DNA from: a virus
Virus record (IMG/VR): IMGVR_UViG_3300037483_000453
Coordinates: 96,001 to 160,000 of that record
DNA length: 64,000 nucleotides
Direction: 5' to 3' (one strand)
Below, piece after piece: positions 37,172-45,419 of the stretch. How positions within the stretch are numbered: position 1 is the first letter of the stretch; each line of letters opens with the position of its first letter. The notes beneath the pieces were generated by a model. That model saw only the letters and a program-made list of their open reading frames with translations. It was not told the DNA's origin and made no database searches. The position numbers were made by a program, and so were the translations under genes.

Positions 37172-37632
37172 TCGATTTTGGGTACACCAAGTTGTCCATG
37201 GTGCAAGAGCTTGAAGCACTGTGTGCGATAACTGAGGGTCAGCTAGCGAAGCTGGCGGCCGAGGTCACCAAGGACGACGCTAAGAGGTCTTTGAAGCGCT
37301 TGAAGGGCCTGGACGCCAGTGCTCCTACATTGGGGGAACTCGGGCGCGGTGCTGCTGTGGGCTCCGTTGTTATGCCCCTATCCAGCTTAGCCTGGCGTGC
37401 GATCGCTGGTCCAAAAGGGCGCGTGGCCGGTCCAAAGGGCCCAGGGCAGCTGTGGCCGGGCATGCGTCCAACAGCGGCTACTGCAGCTCAAGGAGCGGTG
37501 CTCGGAAGTTTCTTGCCGGCCGGGCGACACAAGCTCGAGCAGGAAGCTGAAAAGCAGAAGCTCAGGGAGTACGTTGGACATACTCGACGGGGAACCCTCC
37601 GAGGCAGGGTTAGAAAGTACACAGGGATCTAA
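37168..37632 (+). CDS. K-x-A motif protein, basic and Gly-rich
   Basis: ATGA overlap; AKLAA; GRGAAVG. Confidence 0.7.
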   Translation: MIDFGYTKLSMVQELEALCAITEGQLAKLAAEVTKDDAKRSLKRLKGLDASAPTLGELGRGAAVGSVVMPLSSLAWRAIAGPKGRVAGPKGPGQLWPGMRPTAATAAQGAVLGSFLPAGRHKLEQEAEKQKLREYVGHTRRGTLRGRVRKYTGI

Positions 37633-38618
37633 TGCCAGCTGCAATCCATAACCGGGCCGAGCACCTGTTGGCCAAGAACCCAAAGATGGGCAAGTCGAAG
37701 GCATTTGCCATTGCTACCCAGCAGATGCATGCCATTGGCAAGACCCCCAAGGGATATGGCACGTCTAAGGGTAAGTCCGTAGCAAGGGCCAAGTACCCAA
37801 ACAAGAAGGGTTACGTGAAGACTCCCAACCCGGGCAACTTGGAGTCAACTAAGATGGCTGCTTTTGTAGCAGAAATACAGACCATGGGATTCTACCCCGG
37901 CAAAAAGAAAGAGGCTTACAGTGTCTCCGAGTACAGTGGCCCACTTAGCTATGGCAAGTTCAAGATGGAGAGCCAGATTCCCCCATACAGACACCCACCA
38001 GTGAAGACAGCTGGACCGCCCTCAAGTGGTAAGGAGAAACGTGCATTCATAGGCCTAACTGGTGTGGCAGCCGGCTTCTACCCTGGCAAGAACATCGCTG
38101 GTGAGACTGCTGCAGCGACGGCACCTGAAGGGCGGGTGACACGGTCAGAGAACATCGCTCGGAATCTAGCCATCGTTGGGGGCCCGTTGGGTGGACTTGC
38201 AGGATTGGCAGCAGCTAAGAAGTACAACCTTGCTGGTCATCTGGGTCGTGCTGTTGGTGGCCACTTGGGGTGGGAGGAAATGAAAGCTCTGCAACAGTAC
38301 GGTGTACCTTTTGGTGCTGGCGCAATGGGTAGCATGGCCGGTGGCGCTGTGGTGGGAGGAGGCGTAGGCTTGGCCCAGAGATTACGTGGTCCTCTGCATT
38401 CAAAGAAGGAGGGTGGCAAAGAAAAGAAAGCGTACGACCCCTCCCCGTTGAAAGGGCCCGGCACCTTGGGCAATGTGGACATACCAGGGATGCGTAAGAT
38501 GCAGACCCCGGCTCGTCAGCTGCAGGACTCCAAGAATGTGGCGTATTCGAAGCCGACCAAGCCTGATGCCAGCAAGGCGCTGAATATCAAGCTGCCTACC
38601 ATCGGCTCTGCCCTCTGA
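37632..38618 (+). CDS. K-x-A repeat protein with basic N-terminus and glycine-zipper segment
   Basis: KMAAF, KEAY, KRAF, KKAY; GGPLGGLAGLAAA, GAMGSMAGGAVVGGGVG. Confidence 0.75.
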   Translation: MPAAIHNRAEHLLAKNPKMGKSKAFAIATQQMHAIGKTPKGYGTSKGKSVARAKYPNKKGYVKTPNPGNLESTKMAAFVAEIQTMGFYPGKKKEAYSVSEYSGPLSYGKFKMESQIPPYRHPPVKTAGPPSSGKEKRAFIGLTGVAAGFYPGKNIAGETAAATAPEGRVTRSENIARNLAIVGGPLGGLAGLAAAKKYNLAGHLGRAVGGHLGWEEMKALQQYGVPFGAGAMGSMAGGAVVGGGVGLAQRLRGPLHSKKEGGKEKKAYDPSPLKGPGTLGNVDIPGMRKMQTPARQLQDSKNVAYSKPTKPDASKALNIKLPTIGSAL

Positions 38619-39022
38619 TGGATCCACGGATTTTCAGTGCATTTGCAGATGAGATGGAGAAGCAAGCCTTGATTGAGAGGCTTGTTCGCTTGGGTGCCAC
38701 TGACATCCCAAAGACCCCGCGGCTCTTCATGAAAAAGCGCAGTCCTGCTGAGCTACAGGCGCTGCAGGGATCAGTAACCCAACTGGGTCAGAAGCATGTG
38801 GCAGACCCAATTATGCGGGTAGCCGAGAGAGGGTTGCAGAAACTACCGGCAGGAAGGACACAGGATACTGCACGGTCAGTCGCCAAGACCGTGGCAAAGG
38901 ACCCTGTTGGCGCTGTGGCTACTATACCGATTCCAATACCAGGGGCACAACCTGCTTACTTCGCTGGTAAGAGGCTGCTCGAGCGTGGCATCGATAAGGC
39001 GTTCCCCATCAAGGGCAAGTAA
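38618..39022 (+). CDS. K-x-A motif protein
   Basis: Starts MDPRIFSAFADEMEKQALIERL. Confidence 0.75.
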   Translation: MDPRIFSAFADEMEKQALIERLVRLGATDIPKTPRLFMKKRSPAELQALQGSVTQLGQKHVADPIMRVAERGLQKLPAGRTQDTARSVAKTVAKDPVGAVATIPIPIPGAQPAYFAGKRLLERGIDKAFPIKGK

Positions 39023-39027
39023 CCTCC

Positions 39028-39050
39028 CCAACATGTGATAAGCATGTTGG
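39028..39050 (+). promoter_or_regulatory. hairpin CCAACATG-TGATAAG-CATGTTGG containing the promoter motif and covering part of the RBS
   Basis: Perfect 8-bp stem; GTGATAAG at 39035-39042; GGAGG at 39049-39053; ATG at 39058. Confidence 0.6.
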
Positions 39051-39057
39051 AGGATAC

Positions 39058-39642
39058 ATGCCTGATGAAGCACCTTGCCCAGTGGTGGCATCGTTTGTAC
39101 GCCACGCTCAGCATCGACTGAACTCAGACGCTATCTGCGCTCTGTATGGTGATGTCAGTGACGACCTAGACAAAGTATTCGAGTATTCGAAGACGCAGCC
39201 CAAAGATGAAGTCACACAGCGTCTGCGCGCCTTCTTCTGCCTGAATGAGCTTTTCGCTTGCCTTAGCGTCAGCCTTGGTGGTCACAGGCGTAGCATATCG
39301 CTTGATCGAGAAGGCATCAGTGGTCTCATTGAGTTTTGTTCCGAGGTACGTCGTGCTGAGGAAGTGAAACTTTACGTAATGGACCTGTCCAGGCGTAAGC
39401 GTGGTTTTGACCCCTTAATCAAAGTTGAGGGAGGCAATCGAGCAGATTTGGCACACATTATTGTGAATGCTGCAGAGTACATGCGCCCAAGGCTCCGTAA
39501 CAAACGAAGTATGGCTGGCATGGGTATGTACTTTGCCAAAGGCCTGGCTCGTGAAAAAGTGTCACTCGAAACTTTTGTTACGCAGGCAACTAGGTTAGCG
39601 AGTGTAACAAGTGAGGATAGAGGAGACGCAGTATGGGGCTGA
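39058..39642 (+). CDS. hypothetical protein
   Basis: GGAGG RBS; 194 aa. Confidence 0.7.
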   Translation: MPDEAPCPVVASFVRHAQHRLNSDAICALYGDVSDDLDKVFEYSKTQPKDEVTQRLRAFFCLNELFACLSVSLGGHRRSISLDREGISGLIEFCSEVRRAEEVKLYVMDLSRRKRGFDPLIKVEGGNRADLAHIIVNAAEYMRPRLRNKRSMAGMGMYFAKGLAREKVSLETFVTQATRLASVTSEDRGDAVWG

Positions 39643-40103
39643 CAGAAGCAGGGAAAGCCGTTGGTATCCGGTTCTTTGTGAAGAGCTCATTGAAGGAGCG
39701 CTCTAGCACCTCCCAGGCACGATTTATGGGTACCGTAGAGATGATAGCCCATTTTGATCGGGAGGACTTATGGTACTCCGTCCTGAAGAGGCTCGATGGA
39801 ATACAGTTGTATAAGGGCGGAGATCTCCAAACTACGCTCATTGAGATTTTACAGGGCCAGGTAGACATACTCGAGAAGCAGGTGGCCGCACAAAGTACGG
39901 TGGACAGGGAGAGGGCTCAGGTGGCTGAACAATCTGCGTCTATAGCCGTGTCCGACTGTGTACGGGCTCAGCAGCATTCGGGGTTACTACAGGCTCAGTT
40001 AGACATGCGAACCCGAGAACGGGATACGGCCTTGGCGGAAAACAAGAGGTGGGTCAACTGGTACTGCCAGCATAAGTCAACTTGTCCCTTGGAGCCCGGC
40101 TGA
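39633..40103 (+). CDS. hypothetical coiled-coil protein
   Basis: AGGAG RBS; Q/E/R heptads. Confidence 0.65.
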   Translation: MGLTEAGKAVGIRFFVKSSLKERSSTSQARFMGTVEMIAHFDREDLWYSVLKRLDGIQLYKGGDLQTTLIEILQGQVDILEKQVAAQSTVDRERAQVAEQSASIAVSDCVRAQQHSGLLQAQLDMRTRERDTALAENKRWVNWYCQHKSTCPLEPG

Positions 40104-40117
40104 GGTACCATGTGAGC

Positions 40118-40513
40118 ATGGCACACCATGAAGACAGTCTTTTCGAGCTTCTACAGTCCAAGCGGGCTGAAGCAGTGGATACCAATGAGGACGACTCTAC
40201 GGTGGGCACGACCCACCTGTATGAGGACGAGCCTGAACAGCCTAAGCCTCTACAAGAAGTAAATCACCAGAGTACCGGCGTATGGGAGGGCCATAAGAAA
40301 ACACGGCAGGGTGTCTTGGATACTGTGTTTGATGGGCGTTCAAAGGCTGACAGTGCAGACCAGAAGCTCATCGCTCAAAACTTCGCCCATGGCAAGAGTG
40401 GCGACTTCACATCGCACTCGGTGCATCTGCAGGGCAAGTCTGAGGAAAAGGTTTCTCATCCACGCACACCAACTTTGATGGCCCAGGTCTTGAAGGTGGC
40501 CGGCCGGCTGTAG
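40118..40513 (+). CDS. hypothetical protein
   Basis: Acidic N-terminus; start chosen at ATG 40118. Confidence 0.6.
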   Translation: MAHHEDSLFELLQSKRAEAVDTNEDDSTVGTTHLYEDEPEQPKPLQEVNHQSTGVWEGHKKTRQGVLDTVFDGRSKADSADQKLIAQNFAHGKSGDFTSHSVHLQGKSEEKVSHPRTPTLMAQVLKVAGRL

Positions 40514-40633
40514 CTACTTTAGAACTCTGAGGTGCTGCCATCGCAGTTCCAATGGAGGATGATACGCGGCAGGCCATGACCGCTGGAAGTACCGTAGTGG
40601 GGGCTAACTGAGAGTCCCGACCGAGGAGTCAGC

Positions 40634-41422
40634 ATGAGTGACAACCCCATCGATAGCTACCTCCGCGACAAGAAGAAAGTAGCCAGTGTACGCAACACTG
40701 CGGATATGGGTGCCTATGAAACATGGAGACAGGACCCCAATCAGAAGAATACTGGCACACTACTCAAGCGCTTCAACTCTGAGCTAGGTAAGCGTGTGAA
40801 TGTATGGAAAGCGCCTGGTGTAAATGAGGCTGCTTTCAGGGCGGACTTGAAGAAGAACGCCATCAATGCGTTTGAGACGTTTGATCCCAACAAAGGGACA
40901 CAGCTACGAACACATGTGAGTAACATGCTACGGCGTAGCCAACGGTTCAATGCCAAGTACCAGAACGTCGCTTTCATCCCCGAGGAGAAGCGAGCATTGA
41001 TCACACCAGTGAAGCAGGCCATTGATTTCCTGCATCAGGAGAGTGGTGTGAAGCCCTCCAATGCGCAGGTGGCCACCTACCTCAAGCAGAATGAGGACAT
41101 GTTGCCCAAGCGTGTTCGAGGCAGGATGGACGCTAGACTGGTGGGCATCGTTCAGGATTACCAAATCAAAGACATCCCGGGTTCTGCCTTTGAGTCTGAC
41201 CCTAGCCCCAAGGTTATGTCTTTCCATCGGGAGACATTGGACCTACTGCGACCAGCGTTGGTTGGCGACGAACAGGTTGTGTTTGACTATATGTTTGGCA
41301 AGAACGGAAAGCCAAAGATTGAAGGCACTGGTCGGATTGCTTCGGCTATGGGTAAGAGCCCCTCACAGATCTCACGCTTGAAGAAGCGAATCGAAGCTAC
41401 GTACATCAAGTACGCGGGGTAG
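40634..41422 (+). CDS. sigma-70 family RNA polymerase sigma factor (group 3-like)
   Basis: GAGGAG RBS; region 2 AFETFDPNKGTQLRTHV, region 3 ESGVKPSNAQVATYL, region 4 HTH IASAMGKSPSQISRLKKRI. Confidence 0.85.
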   Translation: MSDNPIDSYLRDKKKVASVRNTADMGAYETWRQDPNQKNTGTLLKRFNSELGKRVNVWKAPGVNEAAFRADLKKNAINAFETFDPNKGTQLRTHVSNMLRRSQRFNAKYQNVAFIPEEKRALITPVKQAIDFLHQESGVKPSNAQVATYLKQNEDMLPKRVRGRMDARLVGIVQDYQIKDIPGSAFESDPSPKVMSFHRETLDLLRPALVGDEQVVFDYMFGKNGKPKIEGTGRIASAMGKSPSQISRLKKRIEATYIKYAG

Positions 41423-41445
41423 TCCCCTAGGTACAGGAGGCCACA

Positions 41446-42618
41446 ATGGTCGATATCCAGGATCTCACGGCACGAGAATCTGACGCCAGCATCGCTGCGC
41501 GTCACAGGCTAGCGCAGTGCATTAGTAAGAATGAGGAGGAGCAAAACAGGATCCTCCAAAGGGTAGTGAGCCACGTCATCGTGGATAGGCTAGTGCACCC
41601 TCTGTCCATGGAGTTTGTCTGGCCAAGCACCTGGTCTGAGATTGGTGTGCAGATCGATGCAGGTGGTGCCGTCGGTGTTGGAGAGCCCCAAGGTATCCAC
41701 AGGCACGCACTTGGACAGATGGCTGATACCTCTGGTTTGACACGTACGTATCTGAACAGGTTGCGTGAGAGTGGCAAGGAGTGGATGCACGACCTGTTGG
41801 TTTACAACCTGGGTGAGCTGTTTGGCCGAGGAGATTTTGTAGATCGCAAAGGGAACCCCAAACGGTTTTTGGTTCGCACTGCAAACAACCAAATCAGAGG
41901 GTTCTTGTCCCAGAACTACAACCGCAAGCTGACGACCGCACCGCTGCTTCGGGCATTCATAGAGAAATGTCGTGAACTTGGTGCGGGGCCCATAGAGACC
42001 ACAGCAACCGATGTTCGTGTGCGTGTGAAATATGCGCTGCCCTACGTTTTCGAGCCCGTGGGTGGCGAGTTTGTGGCGTTCGGTGTTGCCTTTGGTAACT
42101 CGGATTACGGTGCGGGCCGACTGTCAGTGTCAGGGTCAATCCAAAGGATTAGCTCGGGTACCACGACAGTACTGAGTGACAAGTATAGCCGTACACACCT
42201 GGGCTCAGTGATCCAAGACAGTGACATTGAGATGAGCCCAGAGACTGCGGACAAGGAGCTCGATGCAGTGAAGAGCGCTATACGTGACGCAGTAGTTGCT
42301 CTGCTTGGTAAGAAAGCCATCGAGAGCAACCTTAGGGCTATCCAGGTAGCGCACCAGAAGGAGATCCCTTGGTACCGCCTGAAGACCAAGCTTGGCACTG
42401 TACTTGGCAAAGATGACATTGATATGTTGGATCATATCGTCCATGGAGGTGCGGCAGTGATTGACCTTCCGAGGATTGACCTGGCATCGTCCGATGATGG
42501 TGACTCACCCACTGCGTGGTGGGCAGCGAATGCCGTTGGCATGTTCGCCGACAAAGAAAACGACCCGGACAGGAAATCTGCACTGCAGAACATGGCCGGC
42601 CAACTCATGACGGGCTGA
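41446..42618 (+). CDS. DUF932-like phage protein
   Basis: AGGAGG RBS; HALGQMA...YLNRL...FLVRT...IRGFLSQNY...NSDYG pattern. Confidence 0.6.
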   Translation: MVDIQDLTARESDASIAARHRLAQCISKNEEEQNRILQRVVSHVIVDRLVHPLSMEFVWPSTWSEIGVQIDAGGAVGVGEPQGIHRHALGQMADTSGLTRTYLNRLRESGKEWMHDLLVYNLGELFGRGDFVDRKGNPKRFLVRTANNQIRGFLSQNYNRKLTTAPLLRAFIEKCRELGAGPIETTATDVRVRVKYALPYVFEPVGGEFVAFGVAFGNSDYGAGRLSVSGSIQRISSGTTTVLSDKYSRTHLGSVIQDSDIEMSPETADKELDAVKSAIRDAVVALLGKKAIESNLRAIQVAHQKEIPWYRLKTKLGTVLGKDDIDMLDHIVHGGAAVIDLPRIDLASSDDGDSPTAWWAANAVGMFADKENDPDRKSALQNMAGQLMTG

Positions 42619-42812
42619 TGTTTCATTTTCACTACTGTGGCAACCCAGCACACGATGTTGTTCACAACACATTTGTTCTTCTCACCCTGATGCCAGAATG
42701 GCTGCCGGGTATCATGGCCGCCAAAGACGACCTCAAGCGTCGCCTGCTGAAGGTACAGCACACTGAAGAAGGGTGCTCAGACATACTGTGTGACCACACA
42801 GAAGAAGGCTAG
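42618..42812 (+). CDS. small hypothetical protein
   Basis: TGATG overlap with the upstream stop. Confidence 0.4.
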   Translation: MFHFHYCGNPAHDVVHNTFVLLTLMPEWLPGIMAAKDDLKRRLLKVQHTEEGCSDILCDHTEEG

Positions 42813-42881
42813 CGGTAGCCTGGGGGTGGCGCGTGTGCGCTATCTCTTAGCCTCCAGGTTGAGGTATGCACAGGAAGCCCT

Positions 42882-43565
42882 ATGAAGGAAGATAAACAGC
42901 GCGTAGAGAATCTACTACGCTCTCGCAGCCGGTGGGTTATTGGCATCGACGAGGTAGGTATGGGGGCCCTTGCAGGGCCCATTGCCGTGGGCGCGGTGGT
43001 AACCGAGGTGGGGTGGAGTCACGGCCTTGTGAAAGACTCTAAGAAGTATGTGGATAGTAAGACGTTCAAAGCCCATGAAAAGCGAGTGAAGGTTTTGGAC
43101 GGCATAATCAAACCCCAAGTGCTGTTTTCCTCCCTCTCCCTGGTGGAGTCTCAGTTGATTGATAGCCTCGGGATCCAAGATGCGTGGCATCAGTGCTTGT
43201 GGCAGGTGGCAAAAAAGTGTCTCGAGCGTTACCCGGACGCTGTCGTGGTGGTAGATGGAAATACCTGCGGCTCTGTTCCCACAACTAACGCCGTGGCCAT
43301 ACCCAGAGGTGATTGCCTGGTCCCTGCAGTTAGCGCGGCCAGCGTAATGGCTAAGGTGAGTCGAGACCGAGTTATGGAAATGCTGGGGAGGGCCTACCCA
43401 GAGTATGCATTCGAACAGAACAAGGGCTATGGAACGAGGCGACACATGGTAGCCTTAGCGGTACACGGGCCGTGCCCCGTCCATCGCAGGTCCTACGACC
43501 CCGTAAGAAGGGCAGAAGTTGCATGGCAGAACAAACAACAACACAAGAGCGCAACGCTCGGTTAG
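42882..43565 (+). CDS. rnhB: ribonuclease HII
   Basis: IGIDEVGMGALAGP, DSKK, VVDG, GD...SAASVMAKVSRD, NKGYGT..H..AL..HGPCPVHRRSY. Confidence 0.95.
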   Translation: MKEDKQRVENLLRSRSRWVIGIDEVGMGALAGPIAVGAVVTEVGWSHGLVKDSKKYVDSKTFKAHEKRVKVLDGIIKPQVLFSSLSLVESQLIDSLGIQDAWHQCLWQVAKKCLERYPDAVVVVDGNTCGSVPTTNAVAIPRGDCLVPAVSAASVMAKVSRDRVMEMLGRAYPEYAFEQNKGYGTRRHMVALAVHGPCPVHRRSYDPVRRAEVAWQNKQQHKSATLG

Positions 43566-43750
43566 ACGCGTTGCTTACTGCCACAGAAGAGTGGGCAGCA
43601 CGGCACACGCAGACCTTGAAAGACCAGGTCGCATTGAGTAAGAGGGTCCTAAAAGGCCGAACGGGCTCTGAGCGCTTAGCACAAGCATCAGTACAGTCGG
43701 TCAGTGACCTTGCTGTCAGCCAAATCAACGACTTTCTAACAGGTGAGTGA
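43523..43750 (+). CDS. small helical hypothetical protein
   Basis: MAEQTTTQERNARLDALL...; amphipathic helices. Confidence 0.6.
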   Translation: MAEQTTTQERNARLDALLTATEEWAARHTQTLKDQVALSKRVLKGRTGSERLAQASVQSVSDLAVSQINDFLTGE

Positions 43751-43751
43751 C

Positions 43752-44150
43752 ATGAGTGAGCCAGATGACAACTACAAGAAGCTCAGGAGCAAAGAGGGCT
43801 TTGAAGAGATAACCGAAGACAGCAAGCAGCGTGATTTCCTGGAGGAGCCCATACAAGTTGAAGAGGTCGATCGTCTCAAAGCCGAGAATCTCAACCTCAA
43901 GCTCCTAGCTTGTGTGAACCGGGAGACCATCTTGCAGCAGCAGCTCAACGAGCTTGGTAAGGAACGCCAGCTGTATAACGAGCACATGCAGGCCATGCAG
44001 GCCACAATCGAAGAGAAGTACGGCATCAACCTGCGCACGCACCATATACTGCCTGATAGCGGCATGGTGGTATCTCGCATCCCAGCGTCGGCCATGGGTT
44101 CTCAGAGTTGGGTCCCGCTCAAACGGCACGAACAACAGAACAAGGAGTAG
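43752..44150 (+). CDS. coiled-coil hypothetical protein
   Basis: AGGTGAG upstream; Q/E/L-rich. Confidence 0.7.
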   Translation: MSEPDDNYKKLRSKEGFEEITEDSKQRDFLEEPIQVEEVDRLKAENLNLKLLACVNRETILQQQLNELGKERQLYNEHMQAMQATIEEKYGINLRTHHILPDSGMVVSRIPASAMGSQSWVPLKRHEQQNKE

Positions 44151-44151
44151 C

Positions 44152-45177
44152 ATGACCACCACCATCGTCGTCAGCCCACTGGGACGTCAAGAAGAGAGCA
44201 CAGGCGAGGTCATCAGCCTTGATATAGTCGTCAAAGACTCAGCCCTCTTCAGCACTTATGACAAAATCGAAGTGTGGCGTGCCACCGGACAAGGTGGACC
44301 TTACAGTGAGTTGACGGCGGCGGCTGTGTCTCGGGCCCGTTTGCCCATCGGTGCAGATGATGCACCAGCAACACCAGCAGTAGGTCCGCTAGCCATACTA
44401 GACACACTCGAGTTGGACCTACTGGTCAACGAGGCCACAGAGATTTCTGTGGTCTTCGCTGGGCCTGACCCAGTCAGCTATGCGGATGCTGCAGCCCAGG
44501 TCGTGGTCCAGGGCCAGGGCCTTGTGGAAGCCTATGTGACACCCTCGGGTACCTTTGTAGTGGAGACCACAGATGTTGGCACAGGGGTCACTCTTCGCGT
44601 TCTATCAAGCGATGGGGCCGCCCAGCTGGAGCTGCCGGTTGATGAGCTTGCCAACGGTAGGGCTGCCAGGCTCAACTTGTCCGACAGTATGGAGCGCTAC
44701 GTCTTCGAGGACTCGTTTGGGGCTGGCACATACTTCTACAAGATTCGCTTTCGTAACGCATCCAATGGTGCCGTGAGTGAGTTTTCTCTGCCGCACTCTA
44801 TTGGCACTCGAATAGGCACGTCACCTGCGAACCTCATTTGTGGCACAGCACAGTTGCTGCAAGCGGATGGTAAGCCACTCGTCAATCAGCTGGTAGAACT
44901 CAGAGCTGAGTTCACAGGAATGCTGGTGGACGGGGCAGTGATGGCTGGTACTACGACCACTAAAAGAACTGATGCCTACGGCCGTGTGGAGTTTCGGTTG
45001 CTGCGTGGGCAGAAGTTCGGGGTCTCAGTGCCCGGCACGAGCTTGTTCAGGGATATTACGGTGCCATCAGACCCGCTTCAGGAGGTCTTCAACCTCTTCG
45101 ATCCCAGCGTTGGTGGTGATGACATCTTCAAGGTTCAGGTGCCCAATCTGATCTCAGCAGAGCGCCGGACATTGTGA
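44152..45177 (+). CDS. putative virion structural protein sharing the sheath-insert domain
   Basis: AAGGAG RBS; LDTLELDLLVNEATEISVVFAG...AAAQVV; C-terminal QLLQADGKPL...TDAYGRVEF prealbumin-like motif. Confidence 0.65.
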   Translation: MTTTIVVSPLGRQEESTGEVISLDIVVKDSALFSTYDKIEVWRATGQGGPYSELTAAAVSRARLPIGADDAPATPAVGPLAILDTLELDLLVNEATEISVVFAGPDPVSYADAAAQVVVQGQGLVEAYVTPSGTFVVETTDVGTGVTLRVLSSDGAAQLELPVDELANGRAARLNLSDSMERYVFEDSFGAGTYFYKIRFRNASNGAVSEFSLPHSIGTRIGTSPANLICGTAQLLQADGKPLVNQLVELRAEFTGMLVDGAVMAGTTTTKRTDAYGRVEFRLLRGQKFGVSVPGTSLFRDITVPSDPLQEVFNLFDPSVGGDDIFKVQVPNLISAERRTL

Positions 45178-45419
45178 CTCTGGTCACAATCGTTTTTCCC
45201 GACATAGACGGGAGCCAAGCATACATTCACTTACCCTGGCTTGAGGGAAGACGCTTGAGACATTACTTGCGTGAACCGGCACTAAGGAGGTACAACCTCA
45301 TCAATCGGGCGGTGCATTCGCGCTTATTGACTCAAGCAAGGGTCAAGTTGCGGCTCACATCAGTGCTGTCACCTGGTGACACAGTACACATAGTTCCAAC
45401 CAAGAGGATAGCAGGGTGA
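45174..45419 (+). CDS. small beta-grasp/ubiquitin-like candidate
   Basis: Ends TSVLSPGDTVHIVPTKRIAG-stop, like ThiS/MoaD LxxGDxVxIxPxxxGG. Confidence 0.45.
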   Translation: MTLVTIVFPDIDGSQAYIHLPWLEGRRLRHYLREPALRRYNLINRAVHSRLLTQARVKLRLTSVLSPGDTVHIVPTKRIAG

